Assembly (NCBI GenBank): GCA_025358205.1 | Contig: JANYKG010000017.1 | Span: 2,238 to 66,237, forward strand | Length of the DNA: 64,000 bases | Reading direction: 5' to 3' | From: Armatimonadota bacterium | Lineage (GTDB): Bacteria; Armatimonadota; UBA5829; DTJY01 | In this document: positions 10,645 to 19,178 of the stretch, piece by piece | How positions within the stretch are numbered: the stretch's first letter is position 1 | How the letters are laid out: every line of letters begins with the position of its first letter | Made by a program: the position numbers and the translations under genes | Notes under the pieces: generated by a model | Told to the model about the DNA's origin: nothing | The model's input: only the letters and a program-made list of their open reading frames with translations | Databases searched by the model: none

Positions 10645-11920
10645 TTGTCTTTGCCTGAGTAACTCCCAGCCGTTCCTGCAGATACTGAACGGCGCGCTTA
10701 AGCTGTACGTCGTTCTCGTTTTTGATATCATCGTCCGACGGGTCAACCGTGATGTCAGGTTTGATCTTCTGCGTAGGGGTGACCTCGTGCCCGTTCGGCG
10801 TTAGGTACTTTGCGGTTGTAATCGCCACAGCCGAGCCGTCATCCAGGTTGATGATGGTCTGCACCAAACCTTTGCCGAAGCTCTCGGTTCCTATCAGCGT
10901 GCCAGCCTTGTGATCCTGAATGGCTCCAGATACGATTTCCGCTGCGCTTGCGGTGTTGCGGTCTATGAGTACTACCACAGGACGCCGGATCGGATCACGC
11001 TTGTCTGGCTCAATGGGGATGGCGCTTCGCTGTCCGCCGCGATTCTGTATGATTACTATGTCGCCGTCCTGCACGAATCTGCTGCCCACGGATACCGCCG
11101 CGTCCAGCAGTCCGCCGGGATTGCCGCGCAGATCGAATATCAAGGCCTTCGCGCCCTGTGCGTCCAGTTCCTTGATGGCCATGAACACATCAGCATCGCT
11201 CTTCTCCGTGAATTGCCGCAGTGTTACATAGCCGATTTTGTTGACGGTATCTTCCATACGCGATTCGACCATCACGAAGGGAATGACGTCACGTGTCAGT
11301 TCCACATCAAACGGCTGAGGCGTGTCCTCACGCTTGATGGTGAGACGCACCTTTGTGTTCCTCGGGCCGCGAATCAGCTTTACCACGTCGGTGATGTCCA
11401 TTCCCTGTATCATCTTGTCGTCCACTTTGAGGATCACGTCCTTGGACTTCAGATTGGCGCGAAGCGCAGGGCTATCGGCCATCGTCTTTTTGATGAAGAT
11501 GCGTCCGTCCTTTGTGTCCAGTTCCGCGCCTATGCCCTCAAAGTCGCCACGGTTTTCCTCACTCATTTCCTTATGCTCGACAGGATCGAGGAAGCGGGTA
11601 TACCTGTCGCCGAGAGTCGCCAGCATGCCTCTGATCGCCGCGTATGTTAGCTGCTTAGGCTTTGGCTTTGTGCCGTAGTAGTTGGAATCCACATATGCTA
11701 TGACGCTGCTGTACGTTTCCACCGGCTGCAGTTCGACGCTATTCTGCGCCACTTTCTCCTTGGCGGCCGTTGCGATATCCGCTGGCATGGTTTTCAGTTC
11801 CGACAGCACTTGCCGCCCCGCGCCTGCCTGCAAGTCGCGATAGACGAATCCCACAAGGAAAGAGCCTATCAGCATGGACGCGGCGACTGCTATTCTTATT
11901 CTGCCTCTCATGTTTACCAT
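10628..11920 (-). CDS. ctpA: Carboxyl-terminal processing protease (S41A, PDZ)
   Basis: FEGIG PDZ entry, DLRGNPGGLL, TASAAE (catalytic Ser) and FGKG (Lys at Ser+25). Confidence 0.9.
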   Translation of the reverse strand: MVNMRGRIRIAVAASMLIGSFLVGFVYRDLQAGAGRQVLSELKTMPADIATAAKEKVAQNSVELQPVETYSSVIAYVDSNYYGTKPKPKQLTYAAIRGMLATLGDRYTRFLDPVEHKEMSEENRGDFEGIGAELDTKDGRIFIKKTMADSPALRANLKSKDVILKVDDKMIQGMDITDVVKLIRGPRNTKVRLTIKREDTPQPFDVELTRDVIPFVMVESRMEDTVNKIGYVTLRQFTEKSDADVFMAIKELDAQGAKALIFDLRGNPGGLLDAAVSVGSRFVQDGDIVIIQNRGGQRSAIPIEPDKRDPIRRPVVVLIDRNTASAAEIVSGAIQDHKAGTLIGTESFGKGLVQTIINLDDGSAVAITTAKYLTPNGHEVTPTQKIKPDITVDPSDDDIKNENDVQLKRAVQYLQERLGVTQAKTNGEKS

Positions 11921-11927
11921 CAAGTCC

Positions 11928-13328
11928 TTAAGCCTTTCCCAGTTTCGCCAGCAGGTATTTCACTGCTTCATCCCGCTGAATATCATTTTCAATTCCGCCG
12001 CTTTTCACTTCGCGGTCAGGTGAGATACCTTTGCCGTTGAAGTCCACGCCTTTGGCCGTTCGCATCTTGCCCGATGTGAGGACAGCCGCCGATCCATCTT
12101 TGAGGATCAGAGGTGTCTGCAACAATCCATCGCCGAACGTCTTGGAACCGAAGAGTACCGCCGCTTTCGACTCCTTGAGCGTTCCCGCCACAAGCTCGGC
12201 CACGCTCGCAGTGCCTTCGTTTATGAGTACCACCACTGGTATGGTCAATCTCTTGCTGACAGGTTCCTTCAACAACTTCCGCGCGTTCTTTGTTTGGATG
12301 CTTGCGATCACTCCTCCGCCGGTGATACTGCTCGCGATGGCCGCAGCGGAGTCCAGCAGTCCGCCGGGGTTGTTTCGGAGGTCCAGAATCAGAGCCTTGG
12401 CCTGTGCGGACTGTGCGCGCTTCATGGCAGCGGCAAAACTTGCGGGTGCAGAGCGGCTGAATTGGGTCACTCGAAGGTACGCCACCCCTCGATCGGTCTG
12501 TTTGGTGATGATCGGGTCCACGAACGTGTCGCGGCATTTGAGCTTGATCTCGATCGGCTTGTCTTCGCCCGCTCGCTCAACCTTTATGGTCAAGTCCCCT
12601 GTTGCTTTTGAGGTGACGGATTCTAGCGCGTCCATGATGCTCATGCCGTCCTTCAGCTTCTTGAATGCGGCTTCGTAGGCTTTCTGATAGGCCAGCGCGT
12701 CTACATCACGGTTGCGCATTGCTTTCAACATGCTTTCGAACTGAGGCTCCTTGAACGGGTCATGGGTGATGATCCATTTGTTGTCAACGAACGCCACTGA
12801 GTCGCCAGGCAAAATGCCCGCCTTTTCCGCAGGGCTACCCGGCATGGGGGTGACAACCACAAGCTTCGTCTCATCGAGCTTGTCAACCTTCTCGCGGCGC
12901 AGGGCGAATATGGCGCCTATGCCGTGAAATCGCCCGTTGCCTGCATCAACTATCAACTTGCGCTCGGCCGGTTCCAGGAACCTGGTATCAGGATCATCAA
13001 GCGACTCCAGCATGCCGCGCACCGCACCGCGCGCCATCTCGGTCTCCTTCTCCTTGGACACGGTGTCTACATAATAGCTGCGGAGCAGACGCACCACCGA
13101 GCCTACCAGATCACGCTCAGCGCCGTCTTTTTCCTTGGCAGGTTGCAGTATCACCGGTGCGGACTCAGGCGTGAGCTTTAGCATGGCGCTCGCTTGCATG
13201 TTCGCCGTCGCTACCTTTGTAGGCGGGCGTGTCTGCATATCGCGAAAGCCTCGACCAGCCTGAAACGCGCATACACTCAGTGCGCCGATTGCCGTCCAAG
13301 TCCAGAATACATTATGTCTTGAAGTCAA
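11928..13328 (-). CDS. Second S41A protease paralog, probably catalytically altered
   Basis: FHGIG, DLRNNPGGLL and TASVAE present, but FGDG replaces FGKG; about 45-aa insertion inside the PDZ region. Confidence 0.85.
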   Translation of the reverse strand: MTSRHNVFWTWTAIGALSVCAFQAGRGFRDMQTRPPTKVATANMQASAMLKLTPESAPVILQPAKEKDGAERDLVGSVVRLLRSYYVDTVSKEKETEMARGAVRGMLESLDDPDTRFLEPAERKLIVDAGNGRFHGIGAIFALRREKVDKLDETKLVVVTPMPGSPAEKAGILPGDSVAFVDNKWIITHDPFKEPQFESMLKAMRNRDVDALAYQKAYEAAFKKLKDGMSIMDALESVTSKATGDLTIKVERAGEDKPIEIKLKCRDTFVDPIITKQTDRGVAYLRVTQFSRSAPASFAAAMKRAQSAQAKALILDLRNNPGGLLDSAAAIASSITGGGVIASIQTKNARKLLKEPVSKRLTIPVVVLINEGTASVAELVAGTLKESKAAVLFGSKTFGDGLLQTPLILKDGSAAVLTSGKMRTAKGVDFNGKGISPDREVKSGGIENDIQRDEAVKYLLAKLGKA

Positions 13329-13361
13329 TATTACTCATCCTCTTTTCGGTTTAGAGCCAAG

Positions 13362-14507
13362 TTAGAAATTCGTATATGGGCTAACGGGATGCCCGTTCTG
13401 CTGCACTTCGAAATGCACATGTGGGCCGGTGCTCAACCCGGTACTGCCCACGTAGGCGATCACCTGTCCTCGGCTCACATGTGAGCCGGACCCTACTGCC
13501 AGCCTGCTGCAGTGTCCGTAGAAGGTAATAACTCCGCCACCGTGGTCCAAAACCACAGTGTTGCCGTATGCACCGTACCAGCCCGTGCCTACAACTATCC
13601 CAGACGCTCCCGCGTGTATGGGAGTTCCCGAAGGAGCGGCTATATCTGTTCCGGTATGCATTTTGGTCCGGTGCAGTATAGGGTGATATCGCATGCCGAA
13701 AGGTGAACTAATGCGTCCATTAACCGGCATCGAGAAGCTTCCGTGCCACGGCGTCATCATACGCTTCCGGCCAGCCGGTGTTGCCATCATACGTCTCATC
13801 ATGGCGCTGATCTGTCTTGATGCCGCCAGTTCCGCCGCTAGTTGCTGCTCCAACTCGGCTCTCTGCTGAGATATGGTCTTCAATATCTCATGGCACTCAG
13901 CCGTTTGTTGATGCACCTGCGCCGTTACGGTTCGTTGTTGCCGTTCGAGTTGCGCGCGCTTGGCCTTCTGTTCCTCCAGCGTGGCCTTGTGGTGTTCAAC
14001 CACCTGCTTGTCCTGTTTGATCTGGCTCAGCAGTTCCGAGTCTTTGCGCACCATCCCGCGGACCACGTGCGTGCCGTTAAGAAGCTCCCAGAAGTCGTTG
14101 GCGCCCAGAAAAACATCCAGATAGCTTATCGTGCCGTACTTGTAGGTATCCACAAGTCTACCGGCTAGCAGATTGTTTCGCTCCATCAGGCGCTTTTCCA
14201 CTTTTTGCAGCACAGTGAGAGTTGTGGAGAGTTTGCTGCGAGTGGACTGAAGCTGTGACTGTATGTCTCGAAGGTTGCGCTGGGTTACCTGCAACCTGTG
14301 GCTTGATTCCTGATAGTCTCTTTCCGCGACTTTCTGCTTTTGTTTCAGCGGTCTGAGTTGCGCCTGCAAGTGGCTTATACTGCGCGATGCTCTGCTGAAC
14401 TGCTGTTCAAGCCTTCGGAGGCTGCTGGAACCTAAGCATTGGCTGGGCAATAGAGCTGTCAGCGCGAACGCCGGAATCAGAATGACTGCCAGTTTTCTTC
14501 GCTGCAC
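13362..14507 (-). CDS. Coiled-coil M23 peptidoglycan endopeptidase (EnvC/CwlO-like FtsEX partner)
   Basis: Signal peptide, long coiled coil, M23 zinc ligands HTGTD and GPHVHFEV intact; directly downstream of ftsX. Confidence 0.85.
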   Translation of the reverse strand: MQRRKLAVILIPAFALTALLPSQCLGSSSLRRLEQQFSRASRSISHLQAQLRPLKQKQKVAERDYQESSHRLQVTQRNLRDIQSQLQSTRSKLSTTLTVLQKVEKRLMERNNLLAGRLVDTYKYGTISYLDVFLGANDFWELLNGTHVVRGMVRKDSELLSQIKQDKQVVEHHKATLEEQKAKRAQLERQQRTVTAQVHQQTAECHEILKTISQQRAELEQQLAAELAASRQISAMMRRMMATPAGRKRMMTPWHGSFSMPVNGRISSPFGMRYHPILHRTKMHTGTDIAAPSGTPIHAGASGIVVGTGWYGAYGNTVVLDHGGGVITFYGHCSRLAVGSGSHVSRGQVIAYVGSTGLSTGPHVHFEVQQNGHPVSPYTNF

Positions 14508-14526
14508 GGGTGTACCCCCTTGTGAC

Positions 14527-15402
14527 CTATGCCTTCAGGAATTTCCTGATGGACATGAGGCTCCCGGACATCCCGATCAAGCATCCGACCGCAACCAGTC
14601 CACCGTTGAACTGTATTGGGTCCAGGCCGCTTGATATCTGAGTCAGCAGAGGCATGATCTTCGTCACTGCCTCATTCACGTAATGAGCGCTGCCGAATAT
14701 CAGGCCGCACGCAATTCCGCCGCCGATCGCGCCCAGGATGACACCCTCAAAGATGTATGGCAGACGGATGAACCAGTTCGTGGCTCCTACCAACTGCATG
14801 ATTCGTATCTCACGCCGCCTGGCATACAGAGTCAGGCGGATTGTGTTGCTTACTATGAAGGCCGAGATAAGGAAAAGTATCCCGCCGACGCCCCAACTGG
14901 CGAGTTTAATGATATCGGCGAAGTTCACTACCTGCTCCACTACCTGCTGTGCCTCTATCACCTCGTCCACTCTCGGGAATTTCCTGATGGCTTTTGCCGT
15001 TTCAGTGGTGTATCTGGGGTCGTCCAGTTTCACGCGGAAATGGGTGGTCAGCGATCCGGGCCTCACGCCCTCTATGTTGACCCGGCCCTTCCACTCGTGC
15101 TTTATCTTTTCCCAGGTCGCTTCTGCGGATACTATCTCAACCGATTTTACGTGTGGCAGAGATCGGATCATGGCATCCAGATCGGCCACCTGTCTGTCCG
15201 TAGCCCCGTCCGTCATCCATGCGGCCATCTCAAACTTCGCTAGCTGTGACTCCACCGCATTGTTCAGTCCGAATGCTAGCAGAACGAAGCTGCCCAAGAC
15301 GACCAACGCCAACGCCACTGTGCCGATGGATGCCACGGACATAAGCCCGTTCCGGATTATGCCTATTATGGATTCCTTGATGGCAAATTCAAGGGTTCGC
15401 AA
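14527..15402 (-). CDS. ftsX: Cell division permease FtsX
   Basis: NTIRLTLYARRREIRIMQLVGATNWFIRLPYIFEG signature; overlaps ftsE. Confidence 0.93.
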   Translation of the reverse strand: MRTLEFAIKESIIGIIRNGLMSVASIGTVALALVVLGSFVLLAFGLNNAVESQLAKFEMAAWMTDGATDRQVADLDAMIRSLPHVKSVEIVSAEATWEKIKHEWKGRVNIEGVRPGSLTTHFRVKLDDPRYTTETAKAIRKFPRVDEVIEAQQVVEQVVNFADIIKLASWGVGGILFLISAFIVSNTIRLTLYARRREIRIMQLVGATNWFIRLPYIFEGVILGAIGGGIACGLIFGSAHYVNEAVTKIMPLLTQISSGLDPIQFNGGLVAVGCLIGMSGSLMSIRKFLKA

Positions 15403-16081
15403 CTTCGTAATACCTTCCCTTTTCCTCGTCCCGCACTATAGTTCCTTTGTCCAGCTCCACCACACGCTTGTTCATCTTGTCAACGATGTGCGTGTCATGG
15501 CTGACAACCACGATGGTGGTGCCCCTGGCGTTGATGCGGGAAAGAAGTTGGATGATGTCCCAGGATGTGTCCTGGTCCAGATTGCCGGTCGGTTCGTCCA
15601 CCAGCAGCATGGGTGGATTGTGGACAAGGGCGCGGGCGATGGATATGCGCTGCTGCTCGCCCCCGGAGAGTTCGTGCGGATAGGCGTTCGGCCTGTCTTG
15701 CAGCCCCACCAGTTCCAGCATCTCAGGGACTCTAACTCGCATTTCCTTGTGCGACGCGCCGGTCACATAGAGCGCGAACTGCACGTTCTCAGCGGCTGTC
15801 TTCTGTGGGAGCAGGCGGAAGTCCTGGAATACCACACCGATGCCGCGTCTGAGCCGAGCGACCGCCCCGCCGCGCAAACGAGTGATGTCACGCTCCGCTA
15901 CGATGATCTTGCCCTGAGTAGGCCGCTCTTCTTTGTAAACGAGCTTCAGGAGCGTGGATTTTCCTGTTCCGGTAGCGCCTACCACAAACACAAACTGGCC
16001 TTTTAGTATCTTCAGGTTGATGTCCCGAAGCGCCTGAATGTCGTTTGGATAGGTGACCGAAACGTTGACGAACTCTATCAT
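15389..16081 (-). CDS. ftsE: Cell division ATP-binding protein FtsE
   Basis: MIEFVNVSVTY start; GATGTGKST, VFQDFRLL, LSGGEQQR and DEPTGNLD motifs. Confidence 0.93.
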   Translation of the reverse strand: MIEFVNVSVTYPNDIQALRDINLKILKGQFVFVVGATGTGKSTLLKLVYKEERPTQGKIIVAERDITRLRGGAVARLRRGIGVVFQDFRLLPQKTAAENVQFALYVTGASHKEMRVRVPEMLELVGLQDRPNAYPHELSGGEQQRISIARALVHNPPMLLVDEPTGNLDQDTSWDIIQLLSRINARGTTIVVVSHDTHIVDKMNKRVVELDKGTIVRDEEKGRYYEVANP

Positions 16082-16118
16082 TATTGTTGATCCCATCCAC
16101 CCCAGCAGCCGCAGGCTG

Positions 16119-16270
16119 CTAGCCTGCACCATTCACGAGAAACGCGAATAATGCTCTGGAGGCCCTGGATTATTAGGTTGGCCCGCATTATTCACGAGAA
16201 ACGTGAATGGCGCTCTGAAGGCCCTGGATTGTTCACTTCGTGAATTATCCAGGCTAGCGAATAATCCAGG
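16119..16270. repeat. Two nested copies of the family B double-hairpin repeat in the ftsE leader
   Basis: ATTCACGAGAAACG(C/T)GAAT...TCTG(G/A)AGGCCCTGGATT occurs twice; the inner copy (about 16175-16257) sits inside the CCTGGATTATT/AATAATCCAGG stem of the outer copy. Confidence 0.75.
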
Positions 16271-16286
16271 TTCGCGGAGTTGCGTC

Positions 16287-16315
16287 AGTATATCAGACGA
16301 CCTTGACTATTGCAA
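16287..16315 (-). promoter_or_regulatory. Putative sigma70 promoter of the ftsE operon
   Basis: TTGCAA-N17-TATACT on the minus strand. Confidence 0.55.
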
Positions 16316-16440
16316 GCTGAACCAAGGCCGCCGCACGCTCAAAGCGCCTGCCGCACGCATCTCGGGGTTCCCCTTATGCATACGTGCAGAGAGACCCAAA
16401 TGGTTTCATGGTTTGGCAGGTTTAGTTGCCCGAGGAGTTA

Positions 16441-16620
16441 GAACCACAGAGGCACGGAGGACACGGAAAAAGAAAACGCCGATAAGGAAGCCAGGAGACC
16501 AAGGAGTAATCAGTGAACGAATCTGAGATTTCAAAAATTTAGATTGAACTGATCTTTTCGCTTCCTGCATTCATGGTTTCCTCATGGGATTCTCTCTGTG
16601 TCCTCTGTGTCTCCGTGGTT
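16441..16620. repeat. Long nested inverted repeat built from roughly 9-nt units
   Basis: AACCACAGAGGCACGGAGGACACGGA pairs with CTCTGTGTCCTCTGTGTCTCCGTGGTT; inner AGGAAGCCAGGAG...TTCATGGTTTCCT; innermost ATCAGT...ACTGAT. Confidence 0.7.
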
Positions 16621-16643
16621 AATGAGTTCCGGCGCGGTTTCTT

Positions 16644-16673
16644 TTGACTCTCATTCCGCTGGTGTGCTACAGT
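16644..16673 (+). promoter_or_regulatory. Putative sigma70 promoter of femX-alr
   Basis: TTGACT-N18-TACAGT with TGn extension, about 35 nt before the ATG. Confidence 0.55.
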
Positions 16674-16706
16674 TAAGGCGATCCCGCACGAACGGAAAGG
16701 AATCCC

Positions 16707-17801
16707 ATGAACGTCAGAGAAATCCCCGTCGCTGAGAAGGACCGCTGGAACGCATTTATCGCCGCGTCCCCGATTGGCGATCTGCTGCAGTCCTTCGAGT
16801 GGGGTGATCTCAAACAGCGCAGCGGCTGGGAGCCGATTCGTGTGGCGGTCGAGGACGACGGTAAGATAGTCGCCGCCGCGTCAGTGCTGAAACGCAAGCT
16901 GCCGAGGCTGAACAAGTGCATTTTCTACGCGCCGCGAGGCCCAGTCTGGGATATGGATAGACCGGACGCGCTCCAGGCTCTTGTAGCTGCGATCAAGGAG
17001 ATCGGCCTCAAGCACGGCGCTATCCTATTCAAAGCCGATCCGCCTGTCACGCCGGACAGCGGGTTAGCAGGCGCGCTGGAATCCGCCGGTCTCAAGAACC
17101 TACCCGATCTCAGCGGCTTCGGCGGAGTTCAGCCACGGTGCGTGATGAAGCTCGATATCAGCTCTTCACTCGATGACGTCCTCGCCGGGTGCAAGCCCAA
17201 GTGGCGATACAACATCCGCCTGGCCGAGAAGAAGGGCGTGGTCGTTCGCTCCGATCTCACCAAAGCCGACCTGCCCACCTTCTACGAACTGCTGAAGGAG
17301 ACCGCCGTGCGGGACCGGTTCCTGGTGCGCGGCTACAGCTACTATGAAGACATGTGGGATACCCTCGTGGAGCCGGGGTACGCGCGGCTCTTCCTCGCGG
17401 AGTTCGATGGCGAGGCCGTCTCAGGCGCGCTTTCCTACGTCTTCGGCGACAAGTGCTGGTACACCTACGGTGCCTCCAGCAACCGCCACCGAAACCTAAT
17501 GCCGAACCACCTGATGCAGTGGCGCATGATTGAATGGGCAAAGGAGTGTGGGTGTTCAGTCTACGATTTTCGCGGAGTTTCGCTGAACAAAGACGGCGGC
17601 GAGGACGACCATCTGCACGGGCTGAACCGCTTCAAGGAGGGGTTTGGCGCGCAGTTTGTAGAATACATCGGTGAGTACGACATGCCGCTGTCAGGTTTCT
17701 GGTACTGGGCGTGGACGGTGGGCAAACCCCGTGCGAGCGCCATTCTCAAGGCCGTTGGTAGGCGGAAGACGGGTGCGGCGCCCGCGTCCGCAGATGTGTG
17801 A
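16707..17801 (+). CDS. FemABX family lipid II aminoacyl-tRNA transferase (FemX/MurM-like)
   Basis: LLQSFEWGDLK, FYAPRGP, KWRYNIRLAEKKGV, YTYGASS, YDFRG and GLNRFKEGF motifs. Confidence 0.88.
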   Translation: MNVREIPVAEKDRWNAFIAASPIGDLLQSFEWGDLKQRSGWEPIRVAVEDDGKIVAAASVLKRKLPRLNKCIFYAPRGPVWDMDRPDALQALVAAIKEIGLKHGAILFKADPPVTPDSGLAGALESAGLKNLPDLSGFGGVQPRCVMKLDISSSLDDVLAGCKPKWRYNIRLAEKKGVVVRSDLTKADLPTFYELLKETAVRDRFLVRGYSYYEDMWDTLVEPGYARLFLAEFDGEAVSGALSYVFGDKCWYTYGASSNRHRNLMPNHLMQWRMIEWAKECGCSVYDFRGVSLNKDGGEDDHLHGLNRFKEGFGAQFVEYIGEYDMPLSGFWYWAWTVGKPRASAILKAVGRRKTGAAPASADV

Positions 17802-17824
17802 TGTTCGTGTGCAAGGAGGCAGCA

Positions 17825-18961
17825 ATGGCCGAGGATAGGTCTTCCAAATCAGCAGGATGCACATCATGGGTCGAAGTAGACGCCGGGGCGCTTCGGCATA
17901 ACTTTGCCGAGATCAAGTCGTTCGTCGGGCCGTCCGTGAAGGTGATGACGGTGGTGAAGGCGGATGCGTACGGACACGGCGCTGTCGGCGCGTCTGAGAT
18001 CTTCGCCGAAGCCGGCGCTGACTACCTCGGCGTGACCACGATTGAAGAAGCGTTGGAGCTTCGTGCCGCTGGAATCACGACGCCAGTCCTCATATTTTCT
18101 CCCCTGATGCCCGATCAGATGGAAGCCGCACTCAGGTTCGACCTGGAGCACACGATCTGCGATCTCGGTCTGGCAAAGGCGGCATCGGAGACGGCGGTGA
18201 AGCTGGGAAAGACCGCTCGCATTCACGTCAAGGTTGACACCGGCATGGGTCGGCTGGGCGTGTTGGCGGACGACTGCCCGGACTTCATGTACCGCGTGGC
18301 GACGCTTGACGGCATCCAGGTTGCGGGCCTCTACACTCATTTCGCCAACGCTCTTCAGAAGGACATCGCCGATTCCGCTGCGCAGAACGAGAGATTCTCC
18401 CAGCTCATCCCCGTGCTGAAGTCGAAGGAGATGCCCACCGGCCTGTGCCACGCCGCGAACAGCGCGGGTTTGCTGCGCCTGAGAGCTTCTCACTATGATA
18501 TGGTGCGGCCCGGTACGCTGCTGTACGGCCAGTATCCCACGCGGCACATCCATGACAAGCTGAACCTGAGCGACACCTGGAGCCTGAAAGCCCGAATCAT
18601 CGCGGTGCGAAAGCTTCCCAAGGGCGCGAGGGTAGGGTACGGAAGCGAGTTCACGACAGCTAGGCCCACGATTGCGGCGGTCATCCCGGTCGGTTACTCG
18701 GACGGCTTCACGCTGATCCCCGAGAGTGTCGCGAAGCGGAACCTGAACCCCCTGAGGATGGCGGGATATCGTCTGATGGGCGGCGGCACTGGGGCTTCGG
18801 TGACGATTGGCGGTCAGAGGGCGCCAGTGATCGGCAGGATTTCGATGCAGATGTGTTCGGTGGACGTGACGGACATCCCCGGTGTTCAGGTCGGCGACGA
18901 GGTAGTTGTACCAGCGCGCCGCACCACGGTCTCAGCCCGGATACCGAGGGTGTATGTGTAG
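17825..18961 (+). CDS. alr: Alanine racemase family PLP enzyme
   Basis: VVKADAYGHG (PLP Lys), KVDTGMGRLG, HAANS, VRPG, VGYG, VGYSDG; ATG 17825 after AAGGAGG. Confidence 0.85.
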   Translation: MAEDRSSKSAGCTSWVEVDAGALRHNFAEIKSFVGPSVKVMTVVKADAYGHGAVGASEIFAEAGADYLGVTTIEEALELRAAGITTPVLIFSPLMPDQMEAALRFDLEHTICDLGLAKAASETAVKLGKTARIHVKVDTGMGRLGVLADDCPDFMYRVATLDGIQVAGLYTHFANALQKDIADSAAQNERFSQLIPVLKSKEMPTGLCHAANSAGLLRLRASHYDMVRPGTLLYGQYPTRHIHDKLNLSDTWSLKARIIAVRKLPKGARVGYGSEFTTARPTIAAVIPVGYSDGFTLIPESVAKRNLNPLRMAGYRLMGGGTGASVTIGGQRAPVIGRISMQMCSVDVTDIPGVQVGDEVVVPARRTTVSARIPRVYV

Positions 18962-18987
18962 CAGTTAGCAGACATCGGAGCGTACTG

Positions 18988-19104
18988 ATGCTCGGGATTC
19001 GGAAATCCCGAGCTAACTTCTGTCGGCTGATAGGTCAGGAGTAGCGTGCCGCGATGTTCGCACTGGATTTCCGAATCCAGTGCAGGCCGCCTAGGCGGAC
19101 ATAC
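18988..19104. repeat. Pair of related REP-like hairpins in inverted orientation, family D
   Basis: GCTCGGGATTCGGAAATCCCGAGCTAAC and GTTCGCACTGGATTTCCGAATCCAGTGC share the GGATTTCCGAATCC core on opposite strands. Confidence 0.6.
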
Positions 19105-19135
19105 CATACAGGCGCTACTACCAGCGATGCCGGAA

Positions 19136-19172
19136 CGCACCCATAAAGGGTGCGGCTACAGGCTCTTTCCGA
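19136..19172. repeat. GTAG-type REP (family A half copy)
   Basis: CGCACCCATAAAGGGTGCGGCTACAGGCTCTTTCCGA matches the right half of the copies at 8814 and 39861. Confidence 0.75.
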
Positions 19173-19178
19173 TACCTG

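Noticed and set aside
16119-16270. CRISPR array
   Set aside because: Only two nested, degenerate units with no regular repeat-spacer period and no cas genes; the Cas4-like Fe-S nuclease at about 52300-53008 is part of the AddA-like protein.
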